Source: an uncultured virus (IMG/VR IMGVR_UViG_3300002220_000047)
Lineage: Duplodnaviria > Heunggongvirae > Uroviricota > Caudoviricetes
IMG/VR virus record: IMGVR_UViG_3300002220_000047
Length of the DNA: 64,000 nucleotides
Strand: one strand, 5' to 3'
How positions within the stretch are numbered: position 1 is the stretch's first letter; every line of letters begins with the position of its first letter. Of the stretch, positions 29,856 through 39,732 are shown one piece after another. The notes below the pieces were generated by a model. The model ran no database searches, had not been told where the DNA came from, and saw only the letters and a list, made by a program, of their open reading frames with translations. The position numbers and the translations under genes were made by a program.

Positions 29856-30923
29856 ATGAGTATGCAGGATTTTAATGAAGTAGTGTCAATGATTAACCGT
29901 GCGAAGGATTTTAACACGGTAAGTTTGTCTCAGTTAACTAAACAATCTATTATAGAAAGTCCTCTTTTTATTCAAGATCTATTGTTGGATGAACCTATTC
30001 GTGACAGTGTTATAAAGACTCTGTATAATCTTTATATCAGCCAGATCTTGGTAGCTATGCAGATGACTCAGATTGTTCAATCTGGTAGAACCGTAAAAGA
30101 TATTTTGGGTACTGTATCTTCTAGTAGCTATTCTGATACTTATGGTGAAAAAGGCGTAGGCGCTGCGGCAGAATTTCTCGATTCTAGTAAACTTTTGGCT
30201 GGATTTGAAAATCTCGGAAAACCAGCTATTGAGGTTTCTCAAGTATTCGATCCGACTAAGATTGGTCCTATTCCTTCTGGTCGTCTTATAGAATTAAAAA
30301 TAGCCTCTGGCACTGTCGGTAAAGATGGTAAGAATGATATTTCTATTCTTGTAAATGTAATGCTGAATCCTAGATCAGTTCCGACTTCGGTTGTTGAACA
30401 ACTTGTAAATACTGGATTTAATCAGAATATTGCTGATCGTTGGTTGAAAGCTAAGTCTGGGGAAATTCGTTTCTTCAAAGATTTCCTCCTTAATCTCGAT
30501 CAGCTTGAAAAAAGAGCTGAAGCACTTAAGGCTGACAAAGACAATGTACTTAAAGATATTTTTGCTCATCAGAATAAAGCCTCAGTTCGTCAAGCATTGA
30601 GATTAGCTTTCCAGAATACTAAATCTTATAACCTAGCGAATGGCATTCTCATGCTTAAGGAAGATGATTTCCTTAGATTTGCTAAAACGAATAATATGAA
30701 TTTCGATCGATTCTCTGATCGTCAGACCTTCTTCATGAAGACATTCTCTTTGTTCATAGTATTGGTTGATACTAGACATTCGATGGTTACTATTTATACC
30801 AACGGTATAGCTAATGGTGCTGAATATACTTATTCCGAGATAAAATCAAATGCGCAGACTGAGAAAGTCGATATCGCTACGATGATGGAATTTCTTTCCA
30901 AGAACCAAATGCCTAAATTTTAA
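29856..30923 (+). CDS. Putative inner-body/head protein (phiKZ gp89-like position)
   Basis: SL....K, RW...K.GEI.F..D motifs; PAIE candidate cleavage site; synteny. Confidence 0.65.
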   Translation: MSMQDFNEVVSMINRAKDFNTVSLSQLTKQSIIESPLFIQDLLLDEPIRDSVIKTLYNLYISQILVAMQMTQIVQSGRTVKDILGTVSSSSYSDTYGEKGVGAAAEFLDSSKLLAGFENLGKPAIEVSQVFDPTKIGPIPSGRLIELKIASGTVGKDGKNDISILVNVMLNPRSVPTSVVEQLVNTGFNQNIADRWLKAKSGEIRFFKDFLLNLDQLEKRAEALKADKDNVLKDIFAHQNKASVRQALRLAFQNTKSYNLANGILMLKEDDFLRFAKTNNMNFDRFSDRQTFFMKTFSLFIVLVDTRHSMVTIYTNGIANGAEYTYSEIKSNAQTEKVDIATMMEFLSKNQMPKF

Positions 30924-30940
30924 CTCGGAGAATCGAACAG

Positions 30941-31954
30941 ATGAGATTAAACGATGCGCTTAAGGCGATTTCACTTGTATTTAAGAAATCGTCTGATCGT
31001 CTTACAACCATTAAAATGACTAAAGAAAATCTGAGTGCTATGATAGAAGATAATCGTAGCATGCTCAGTATTATTGACGCTACTATTTTCAGTTTCGATA
31101 CTACTCAGCAAAAGGTTATTTTTAATAAAGCTTTAGCTTCTATTAATTCCAATAGAGAAGTTCGTAGATATATTAGTCATGGTACTCTTGATTTTATTGC
31201 TAAGATGCCTTCAAAGCTTCAAGGTAAAGCAAGGTCATTCGATCCTTCTCCTCTTGGAGCTATTGCTCAGACTTCTATTATAATGAATAAGTTCCTCGAA
31301 GATCTAGCATCCAACATGGATGCCATCATGGAGAAGAATGAGTCTATCACTATTAATAATACTAAGATTTCTCAAGGTATTCTCGTTGGTGCAATTGAAG
31401 CTGCCAGCATCTATTGTAATTTCGTCACTTATCTTTTTGCCACTATGAGTAATATCATCACTGGTAAAAATCTAGACACTACTCCGAAATATATCTATGA
31501 ATATATAGATAAACACGGCGATACGTTCATCAATATCGTAAATCAACTTTGTAATATGACTGGACGTTATAGCGTCATTAATGATATTACTAATCTTAGA
31601 AATAAAGGTGTTGATTTCAAGTTTACTGCAAACGAAGAAGTCGGTGCTGTAAATGTCTCTAAGTTTATTGGCGATGTCATTGATATCGAAAATATTTTCA
31701 TTACTGTATTCAGTTTGATGTTCAGACCATTCTCATTCTTTGGTGAGATCTATGTTGATATCAGACATGATCATTATGCTAGAATGAAAGAACGTAAGGC
31801 CTGGTTGGAATCTCACGTAGCCCTTCTCCTTATGGATATGGAAAACGAAGATAAAAACAGTGAACGTTATACTAGACTAGTTAAAGTAATTGAGTATTAT
31901 ACTGAACAGCTTTCTAAATACGACAAGAAATTGTCTAAGTATTACGAAGAGTAA
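30941..31954 (+). CDS. Putative inner-body/head protein (phiKZ gp90-like position)
   Basis: C-terminal Y...KE....LE...L coiled coil; synteny. Confidence 0.6.
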   Translation: MRLNDALKAISLVFKKSSDRLTTIKMTKENLSAMIEDNRSMLSIIDATIFSFDTTQQKVIFNKALASINSNREVRRYISHGTLDFIAKMPSKLQGKARSFDPSPLGAIAQTSIIMNKFLEDLASNMDAIMEKNESITINNTKISQGILVGAIEAASIYCNFVTYLFATMSNIITGKNLDTTPKYIYEYIDKHGDTFINIVNQLCNMTGRYSVINDITNLRNKGVDFKFTANEEVGAVNVSKFIGDVIDIENIFITVFSLMFRPFSFFGEIYVDIRHDHYARMKERKAWLESHVALLLMDMENEDKNSERYTRLVKVIEYYTEQLSKYDKKLSKYYEE

Positions 31955-31957
31955 AAT

Positions 31958-32860
31958 ATGATTTTAAAGAATAGTCTAACGAAAGATGATGATGAGAAAA
32001 AACTCGTAATCGCTTTCAAGGCCGTTAAAAGAATATTAGATCATATGAAGATAGTTCGTATTCAGCCTACTGCTGCTACAGTTAGAATCTTTGCTGTAGA
32101 TACGAATAATCAGTCATTGATGGGTTTGTTTTATTCGAAAGAGCAAAACGTACTCTCTGAGTATAACTCTGAACTATTGATGTATATTGGAAATAAGATT
32201 CTTCTGCTTATCGATTCTGCAATTAATCTTATCCCTAAAGATTCTTTCACTTTTGCTAATTCATTTGTTAATGAAGAAGTTAAAAGAGAAATAGCATCTC
32301 TATTCAATAATCCAAATGAAATACTCTCCAAAGAAATATTTCGCTTTGAAGATATTATGAGACACAAAGCGAAACTATCTAAAACCGATATATCTAGTGG
32401 TGATAAGAGAAACGACTTAGTTGAAAGTAACGTACAAAACATTTTTGGTTATCTTGCTGAACTGATTCGTCATTTCAAAGAGATTAAATATTATAATTCT
32501 TCAGTAGCTGATAGATATAAAACAATTACTGAAAATGATATCCGTATGAAAACTTCTTTAGGTATTCAGATCGGTTATCTAATTGCATTCTTAGTAGTAG
32601 AAATACTTACGGAGTTTAGTAATATTCCTTCTGGGGATTATGATGAATTAGAAAAAGAATTTGACGAGCATCATATCTATGACGATTATATAAGATACGG
32701 GATTGTTGGTAGTTTCTCAATTTCGAATTTACTTTGTTGTTTCGGCAAATGTGAGTTGTTATCTCTGGCGGTCGAAAGTCAAACAATGAAACTTGACAAG
32801 ACCGCTGCAGGTATATTGCGCAATGTACTGGTAGTTCAAAAGTTAACGAGAAAGGAGTAA
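31958..32860 (+). CDS. Hypothetical protein in the head operon
   Basis: ORF between head genes. Confidence 0.7.
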   Translation: MILKNSLTKDDDEKKLVIAFKAVKRILDHMKIVRIQPTAATVRIFAVDTNNQSLMGLFYSKEQNVLSEYNSELLMYIGNKILLLIDSAINLIPKDSFTFANSFVNEEVKREIASLFNNPNEILSKEIFRFEDIMRHKAKLSKTDISSGDKRNDLVESNVQNIFGYLAELIRHFKEIKYYNSSVADRYKTITENDIRMKTSLGIQIGYLIAFLVVEILTEFSNIPSGDYDELEKEFDEHHIYDDYIRYGIVGSFSISNLLCCFGKCELLSLAVESQTMKLDKTAAGILRNVLVVQKLTRKE

Positions 32861-32865
32861 GCATT

Positions 32866-33987
32866 ATGAGTAAGCGAATTCTGGCAGGTCTTGAAAGATT
32901 GGAAGAAGAGCCCGTCGCTCCTGCGGAGGGAGAAGTCGTTGAGACTCCTGAGGAAGTTGTCGAGCTGATGGAAGACGTCGAAGAAGCCGAAGCTGCTGAC
33001 GACGAGCTGGAAGTTGAGGAAGAGAAGGAAGAGGCTGGTGAAGCTTCGATCGAAACCCTTCTGCATATCCACAACATGATTTCCACCCACGGTATCTCCA
33101 AGCCGATGATGGAAATGGCTGATCCGACTGGCGAACTGGCTGAGGCCGGCATCGTTCCTGCTTCGGAAGGTCTGGAGAATGTTCCCGTTAAGAATGGTGA
33201 TGCTGTCACTGCTCTTGAAGGTCTTGGCGAGCAGCTGAAGAAAGCCTGGGACGCGATGATTGCATTCTTGAAGAAGATGGCGGCTGTTGTTGTCGGCTGG
33301 TTCAACAAGTTCCTGCAGATGTTCCTGTCTTATGAGAAGGTTCTCGCTGGTCTGCACAAGAAGTTCGCGGCTATGAAGGGCTTCGATTCCACCAAGGCTA
33401 AGGAAGTCAAGGTTACTGTTGCTCCGATCCTGAAAGATCATGGTGCCAAAGCAACTCTGGCTATCAAGAAGGCTGTCGCTGTCGTCGATTCTCTTAAGAC
33501 TGCCGATCTGGATCCTTCCAAGGACAACAGTGCTGCTGCTTCCGCCATCATGAAAGCTGTGGCTGATGTTGATTTCACCGCCATGGGTTTCAAGGCTTCC
33601 TTCGAGAACAACACCGTCTCTCTGTCTAGCGCTAAGGGCGAAGGCGAAAGTGTTGCATTGGCCGCTAGTGGTTACAATAGCCCCGGTTCTGTAGCTAGCT
33701 CCATCAAGGCTATTCTCGACACTCTTGTTAGTATCAAGAAGGTCAAGGGTGTTGCTGATGAGCTGGAGAAGGGCTACAAGAAGGTCGCCTCTGAAGCTGA
33801 AAAGAAGGTCAGGGAAGTTAACAAGAAGGATTCTGCTGAACTGAAGGCGTTCAATGAGAATCTGAAGAACGGCAAGAACATTCTGAAGAATGTTCAGACT
33901 ACTGCTAAGGCCGCTGTTATCGCTGCTAAGCGTTTGTCTGCCGGTATTGTTTCCATCGCTAATGCCGCTACCAAGGCTGCTGCGTAA
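32866..33987 (+). CDS. Abundant internal head protein
   Basis: Glu-rich propeptide with S/A/G-X-E sites (ASIE, ASE, GLE, ALE), Ala/Lys-rich mature part, strongly biased codon usage (AAG, CTG, TTC) suggesting high expression. Confidence 0.75.
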   Translation: MSKRILAGLERLEEEPVAPAEGEVVETPEEVVELMEDVEEAEAADDELEVEEEKEEAGEASIETLLHIHNMISTHGISKPMMEMADPTGELAEAGIVPASEGLENVPVKNGDAVTALEGLGEQLKKAWDAMIAFLKKMAAVVVGWFNKFLQMFLSYEKVLAGLHKKFAAMKGFDSTKAKEVKVTVAPILKDHGAKATLAIKKAVAVVDSLKTADLDPSKDNSAAASAIMKAVADVDFTAMGFKASFENNTVSLSSAKGEGESVALAASGYNSPGSVASSIKAILDTLVSIKKVKGVADELEKGYKKVASEAEKKVREVNKKDSAELKAFNENLKNGKNILKNVQTTAKAAVIAAKRLSAGIVSIANAATKAAA

Positions 33988-34013
33988 TCCTGGCCCGCAT
34001 TAAAGTTGTATCT

Positions 34014-34060
34014 GAGACTACTCTGCCCAAAAGGTAGAGTAGTCTTTTTATTTTTTTTTC
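34014..34060 (+). terminator. Intrinsic terminator
   Basis: AGACTACTCTGCC-caaaa-GGTAGAGTAGTCT plus T-tract. Confidence 0.85.
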
Positions 34061-34116
34061 TTTTCTATCATATGAACCAATCTAAACTTTAAAACAAATT
34101 ATTAAAGGAGATATAA

Positions 34117-35181
34117 ATGGATTCGTTAATAATAAAACAAAACCTCATAGATGCTGAGAAAGAATATAAAGAAGCTAATGATCTCGTAATAAAATCATTT
34201 GAATCTCTAGAAAAATTACAACATATCCACGATATGATATTAAAACATGGATTCTCTAAATCCATGATGGAAATGTCTGATCCTCTTAATGAACTACCTG
34301 AAGCCGGCATTGTTCCTTCTTATGAAAATCTAGATGGCGCATCATTGGAAGGTATAACTGATACAATCGGTAAATTGATTGATTCTATTATTTCAAAAAT
34401 GAAAAATGTTCTAGCTAAATTAAAAGATAAACTTCGCGCCATATTAGATGCTGCAGATGATGTTTATACTTCGGCAAATAAAAACATTAGACGATTGAAT
34501 GATATAAAAAGTTTTGATAAAGAAAAATTAAATAATGCTAAAGTTGAAATAATGAAATATTTCATGAAAAGAAAGTCCATGAATGATTATAATAATAATG
34601 TTTTATATAAATGGCTGTTTAAGATGCCGATTGCTGCAATTGAGGCAATACAAAATCATGTAATTAGAGAATTTTCGAAAAAGGATCCTAAATTTTCAGA
34701 TCCGAAAGAATTTACATCTCTATTAGAAAATATTTTAAAAGAAGAAAAAAAACTAAAAGAAATATATAATATTAAACTGGATATTAGAAGAGATCGAAAT
34801 GGTAAAATAAATTCAATTGCTACTAGTATAGATAGAAATGCTTTATTAAAAATAGAAGTATCTAAGACTGAATTTATCACTCCGGATAATTGTTTAAAAA
34901 TAACGAAAGAATATTTAAATGATGACCATGTGAAAAATTATAAGGATAATGTTAATCTTTTCTACGATAAATTTAACAGTTGTTTTAATATGTTAATTGA
35001 TAAATATCATTCATTACCAACAGACAAACAAGATAAAGAACATGGTGATTTAATAAACGATGCTTATACACTTCTTATTTATATAGAAAAATTATCTTAC
35101 TTTTTTGGTAGATCATTTTTTGATTACGGTAGAAATATTAATATCGTTGTATCAAAAGCTATTACTTGTAGAACATTATAA
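34117..35181 (+). CDS. Internal head protein paralogue
   Basis: Shared propeptide IH.MI..HG.SKSMM.M.DP..EL.EAGIVPSYE...SLEG. Confidence 0.75.
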   Translation: MDSLIIKQNLIDAEKEYKEANDLVIKSFESLEKLQHIHDMILKHGFSKSMMEMSDPLNELPEAGIVPSYENLDGASLEGITDTIGKLIDSIISKMKNVLAKLKDKLRAILDAADDVYTSANKNIRRLNDIKSFDKEKLNNAKVEIMKYFMKRKSMNDYNNNVLYKWLFKMPIAAIEAIQNHVIREFSKKDPKFSDPKEFTSLLENILKEEKKLKEIYNIKLDIRRDRNGKINSIATSIDRNALLKIEVSKTEFITPDNCLKITKEYLNDDHVKNYKDNVNLFYDKFNSCFNMLIDKYHSLPTDKQDKEHGDLINDAYTLLIYIEKLSYFFGRSFFDYGRNINIVVSKAITCRTL

Positions 35182-35193
35182 AAATATATTTCG

Positions 35194-35224
35194 CTCTCTG
35201 CTCCCTTCATCGGGAGCAGAGAGA
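35194..35224. terminator. Hairpin, possible terminator
   Basis: CTCTCTGCTCCC-ttcatc-GGGAGCAGAGAG. Confidence 0.6.
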
Positions 35225-35365
35225 CCAACGAAACATAAAAAAAGGAGAAAGAATGGCAGCTACCGATGGACCAAGGAGGGCTCAACGAAACAGAAGGTAA
35301 CTTGTCATCTCTATATTATAGGTTATTAAAATGGTTACATTTTTAACAAAAAAAAGGACACCTCG

Positions 35366-36553
35366 ATGAAAACTAAAACTATTTTGGCAGGTCTTGAAAG
35401 ATTGGAAGAAGAGCCCGTCGTTCCGGTAGAGGGAGAACCTACTGAAAGCGAAACTGCTGAACTACTGACTCAATTTGAAGAGCAGAATGATATCACCGAA
35501 GAAGAAGATGAAATCGAACAGAAAAAAGAAGATATCGAAGAAGCTGAAGCTTCTATTGAAACTCTTATGAATATTCATTCGATGATCGAAAAGCACGGTC
35601 TTTCTAAATCGATGATGATGATGGCTGATCCTAATAATGAATTATCTGAAGCTGGTATTGTTCCTTCTTATGAATCATTAAGTAATACTCCTACGAAAGA
35701 TAAGACTTCTTCAGAAACGACCGATGCTCTAGTTGGTAGAATTAATGCTGGACTAGAAAGTATTGTAGCGTCCGTTGAATTTTTATTTAATCTTGTACTA
35801 GGATCATTCATAAAATTTCTTAAAAGACTTGATTTTAAAAGAGATGCCTTAAAAAGTGCTTTAAAGAGATTGTCTTCTATTAAATATTTAGATAAATCAG
35901 AATTATCTATAGTTAAACATAATGTTTATCCACGTGGGTTAGTGATGGATGAAGCTATAACTTATTTAGAAAAAACTGGAAAAACATTCTTACATATGGC
36001 AGATACTGCTATGGAAGATACTCTCAGACTTGTTAAAGATATGAAGTCTGAAGATTATACTGCTAAATCAGCTAAAAGCGAAATATCTTTTTATAAAAAG
36101 CTAGAGGCTGAAAATAAAAATATTACAAAATTCCTCGGTAGGAATTTTAGAGTATCTAAGGGAGAATTAAGTGAGACATCTAAAGAATTAATTGCTATTA
36201 AAATGTGGAAAGTTAAACAAGATAAAGTTTCTGTAACATTAGATAAAACTTTCTGTAAAGATAAGAATTCCATTAAATCTACGTTGGAATCAGCATTTCG
36301 TGGTCTTGATATTAGAAATGAAATTAATGTTTTACGTAAAAAAATAGAAGTTTATGAAATTTTTATTAAAACTAATGAAAACAATAGCGTATTTGCTAGT
36401 AAAGAACGAAGGCTTGGTATTCGTATTATGCGTAATGCGTTTTATGAAATTTCCTGGATTATTACTAGATTGTATCGATCATATAATTCAGTAACTTCTG
36501 AGATGTTATATATGGCGAATGATGCAATTACTGAAGCTGGAATGTTTGAATAA
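35366..36553 (+). CDS. Internal head protein paralogue
   Basis: ILAGLERLEEEPV N-terminus and shared propeptide. Confidence 0.75.
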   Translation: MKTKTILAGLERLEEEPVVPVEGEPTESETAELLTQFEEQNDITEEEDEIEQKKEDIEEAEASIETLMNIHSMIEKHGLSKSMMMMADPNNELSEAGIVPSYESLSNTPTKDKTSSETTDALVGRINAGLESIVASVEFLFNLVLGSFIKFLKRLDFKRDALKSALKRLSSIKYLDKSELSIVKHNVYPRGLVMDEAITYLEKTGKTFLHMADTAMEDTLRLVKDMKSEDYTAKSAKSEISFYKKLEAENKNITKFLGRNFRVSKGELSETSKELIAIKMWKVKQDKVSVTLDKTFCKDKNSIKSTLESAFRGLDIRNEINVLRKKIEVYEIFIKTNENNSVFASKERRLGIRIMRNAFYEISWIITRLYRSYNSVTSEMLYMANDAITEAGMFE

Positions 36554-36563
36554 AATTGATAAC

Positions 36564-36595
36564 CACACTAGAGAGGTTTACGCCTCTCTAGTGTG
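36564..36595. terminator. Terminator hairpin
   Basis: CACACTAGAGAGG-tttacg-CCTCTCTAGTGTG. Confidence 0.75.
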
Positions 36596-36711
36596 AGTAC
36601 TATATTTATTTAATTATTTTCAAATATATATCATATAAATGTAAGGACATCATAATTGTGAATTAGCACGATTATGATAATGGTTAAACAGTCTTCAATA
36701 GGAGAGACTAA

Positions 36712-37650
36712 ATGCACAACATCGAAATCGTACCTCAGATAGCAAAATTAACTAATCTAGAAAATATTGTTTCACAATTTAAATCAGTTGTTTTCTATAT
36801 TGATGATGTCAATCTTGATGAAGTTCGAGGATATACTTTAAGACCTAATAGTTGTGTAGAATCATGCGCAATGGTAATGAATCGAAGTATTTCATTTCAA
36901 AGATGTGATGATCATGAAGGTAATAGAATATTTTTAGGATCGTTGTTTTTCGGTAATGCTTATCAAAAACTACGTATATCTCCATCGTGTAATAACTCAT
37001 CCTGTCATCTACGTCGGATTGTAGTATCATTTTGGAAGGAGTTTATTTCTGAATGTGATACAAAAAGAATTTCGGGTAGAATATATATCGAAGGTCTTAT
37101 TAAAAAAGATGATATAAAACCTATTCGAATGTTCGATTGTATTAATGTTTATAAAGCAACAGATCGTTATACATCAATATATGATGAAAAATTGTTTATT
37201 CCAGAACGTATTCATCGAGATATTAAATATTATGTTTTAGATGTAGTTATGTCTAACGCAATTTTTGATTATAGAAATATTGATTCATTTAAGTATATCA
37301 CTGCTTTATCATATAAAATTGAAAGTGATGTCGAAAATAATACTGATGGTGCTATGTATAGGATTGCTAAACCCGAACATGGTGATGATCGTATTTTACG
37401 ACATTTGGCAGAACAATGTATTAATCTTAAAAAACAACATTCTTGTTTTGAAAAAGATTACCAAGACGATAGTTTAAATCTGAAATTTAAATTTCCAGCA
37501 TACTTCTTAAAATCAGGTCAAATAATGACGACCTCTGGATTTATTGAAGCACTAAAAAATGTACAATTATTAAGATGGCCTCTTTTAGAATCATTTGCTA
37601 TCATATCTGAATGTATGAAAAACCAAAATATAATAATCACTAGTATTTAG
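36712..37650 (+). CDS. Hypothetical protein
   Basis: AGGAG RBS; promoter motif at 36622. Confidence 0.7.
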   Translation: MHNIEIVPQIAKLTNLENIVSQFKSVVFYIDDVNLDEVRGYTLRPNSCVESCAMVMNRSISFQRCDDHEGNRIFLGSLFFGNAYQKLRISPSCNNSSCHLRRIVVSFWKEFISECDTKRISGRIYIEGLIKKDDIKPIRMFDCINVYKATDRYTSIYDEKLFIPERIHRDIKYYVLDVVMSNAIFDYRNIDSFKYITALSYKIESDVENNTDGAMYRIAKPEHGDDRILRHLAEQCINLKKQHSCFEKDYQDDSLNLKFKFPAYFLKSGQIMTTSGFIEALKNVQLLRWPLLESFAIISECMKNQNIIITSI

Positions 37651-37662
37651 AAATAGATTTTT

Positions 37663-37697
37663 ATGGACTACTGGCGCAATACGCGCCAGTAGTCCAT
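37663..37697. terminator. Bidirectional terminator
   Basis: ATGGACTACTGGCGC-aatac-GCGCCAGTAGTCCAT between convergent genes. Confidence 0.85.
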
Positions 37698-37716
37698 CTC
37701 TAATAATTGTTTATTT

Positions 37717-38859
37717 TTATTCTTTAAAGTACATATCTACGGCATTCTTTTCGCCTTTCTCTAAGACAAGACTTAATATACCAGTAATAAGAGGACTCAA
37801 AATAATTCGGTTAAAGATAGATTTCGCTCCGAAGATCGCATCTACTTTAGATCCATTCTCAGTTAAGATATCTCCACTCTCAACGTCACCAACGACGGAC
37901 TTTAGAGAAGAGTCAAATACGATTTTATCACCTACTCCACAGTCTACAGTAGTAGTGATATAGAAGATAATAAGAATATCCATTTCACCAAGAACCATTC
38001 CTCTGATTCTAGTTTCAGGAGGGATCTTATTTATAGAATTAAACTTATCTTCATTAGAAGAGTTCTTAGCAATTACAGCTCTTCGTTTAGTTGTTCTAGT
38101 TACTTCAGCGATAAACTTCTTAACGGATTCAGTAAGTTCATCTGATGTATAGAATACTTGGATGTCAGAAACAACGCCCTTATTCTTAGATTTATATTCA
38201 GCATATTTTAGTTCGTCTATTAGTTCATCTACTGAAGAGTCTTCCACAAATACAGAGGCTGTATCTTCGAATTCGAATTTACAAAGAACTGTATCATAGT
38301 CTACTTCTTGACCTATCTTAGCATATTCTTTTATGATCATATCAGATGATATTCTTACTGTTCTAGGATAGATACTTTTGAAGTCTAGTTTCTTGGAAAA
38401 CTCATTAGAGATCAAACAACTATCTTCTAATGTAACGTCTTTTTCCATTAGTGCTACTTTAGCATTTGTACCATGATTCCAACTTACAGTATCATGATAT
38501 TTATCATAGCTAAAGAAGCCTTTATGGTATGCAAGGATATTTCCTTTCTCTACTTTAAAACCAACCTTAACGAACTCAGATAATATCAATTCATGTTCTA
38601 GATAAGAACCGCTTACTTCGCCACGTATCTTTCCATATTGATAAGTAGAGATTTTACCATCTGCATATTTGACTTTTAGTATAGATTCCTTTTCATGAAT
38701 CTCAATGATCTCGCCTTTCATTCTGGCTTTAATAATAAACATAGAAGAGGCTTTTAGTGGTACTATCATTTCATATCCAGTACGTACTCTGGAAGGGGCG
38801 CTATGATCAGCTGGTACATGATGAGTCATCTGAATGTTAATAAAGTTGGCTCTTTTTGG
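37717..38859 (-). CDS. Virion RNA polymerase beta subunit, exon 2
   Basis: PKRANFINIQ..H, RTGYE, T.EDS, GVGDK.V....LKS and DAIFG.....NRI motifs. Confidence 0.9.
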   Translation of the reverse strand, partial: PKRANFINIQMTHHVPADHSAPSRVRTGYEMIVPLKASSMFIIKARMKGEIIEIHEKESILKVKYADGKISTYQYGKIRGEVSGSYLEHELILSEFVKVGFKVEKGNILAYHKGFFSYDKYHDTVSWNHGTNAKVALMEKDVTLEDSCLISNEFSKKLDFKSIYPRTVRISSDMIIKEYAKIGQEVDYDTVLCKFEFEDTASVFVEDSSVDELIDELKYAEYKSKNKGVVSDIQVFYTSDELTESVKKFIAEVTRTTKRRAVIAKNSSNEDKFNSINKIPPETRIRGMVLGEMDILIIFYITTTVDCGVGDKIVFDSSLKSVVGDVESGDILTENGSKVDAIFGAKSIFNRIILSPLITGILSLVLEKGEKNAVDMYFKE

Positions 38860-39732
38860 CGTTGTATTCAAATTCGTTCGTTAGACGAATCCCGCGCTTA
38901 ACTAAAGCACAGCTGCATGATTTCCATGCAGACTAGACTATATCTTCACCTCGATGAGGTGTCTCCCGTTTCCATGTCACTTGACATGTACTCGCTGATA
39001 AGGCGATAGTCGTTGGACCTCGAACCACTCTTACCACATTATTTTAATTAAACATTATAACCATGTTTTCGCTGGTGATCTTTCTCTGATAACCATTCCA
39101 GGTTATAATCAGAGTTATTCATAGAGTTAAGATCTATGTGATGAACGTCCATTTCGACCCAATTCAATGGCGGGTTACAAAATAGCAACGCTACCAAACG
39201 ACTAAGATTATACGTCACGAACTGACGATCTCTTCGTCTAATGGTTAGTTGAACACGACGATCATTTGCATAGGTCTTGACGAGTCCAGAATTAGTCCTA
39301 ACTCTACCTCTATCAGAAATGAAATATTCTGGATGATTCAATAGAGGTTTCCAGGATTCGCCAGCGATAGCTGCTACAGGCTCTTGATAAAATCTCAATA
39401 AACCCAAACGTTCTCGCTTTTTCTTTATGGATCCGACAGGTCTGTTTAATCTCATAGAAAGCTCTTCATCAAGCATTTCCAGATAATGTGTTCTTAAAAA
39501 CTCGGTTTCTTCAACCATGTAAGATTTTCCCAATCCCATACAAACCTCCTTAGAGTAGTATGTATGTGGCAGGAGTGGAGCTTTGGCTGCTGGTTGTCCA
39601 ATCTTTTGATTTCTTAAACCATCACGTTTATCATTACTGATTGCGTTGTGGTATCAAAAGCTCTAAGGAGATTCCAGACAATTAAGGAGAATTCCATCTG
39701 ATCATTGCTAATCAGTGGGACTTGATAATTCA
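38860..39732 (-). mobile_element. Group I intron (873 nt) in the RNAP beta gene
   Basis: P AATTGTCTGGAA (39683-39672), Q ACAACCAGCAG (within 39599-39585), R CCAACGACTA (39016-39007), S GAAGATATAGTC (38947-38936). Exon 1 ends in U, intron ends in G, and splicing restores ...NDD|PKRANF in frame. Confidence 0.92.
39048..39539 (-). CDS. Intron-encoded NUMOD4/HNH homing endonuclease
   Basis: E.WKP....EY.IS..GRVR (NUMOD4); RLVA..F...DVHHID.N..NN...NLEWL....H..KH (HNH); GGAGG RBS. Confidence 0.9.
   Translation of the reverse strand: MGLGKSYMVEETEFLRTHYLEMLDEELSMRLNRPVGSIKKKRERLGLLRFYQEPVAAIAGESWKPLLNHPEYFISDRGRVRTNSGLVKTYANDRRVQLTIRRRDRQFVTYNLSRLVALLFCNPPLNWVEMDVHHIDLNSMNNSDYNLEWLSEKDHQRKHGYNV

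Noticed and set aside
32616..33441. Long antisense ORFs (230 and 201 aa) opposite the internal head gene; similar ones at 45106 and 47704
   Set aside because: Shadow ORFs caused by biased codon usage of the sense genes.
38860..38871. Independent TTG start (MNTT) for the 37717-38871 ORF
   Set aside because: These 12 nt are the 3' end of the intron; the ORF is exon 2.
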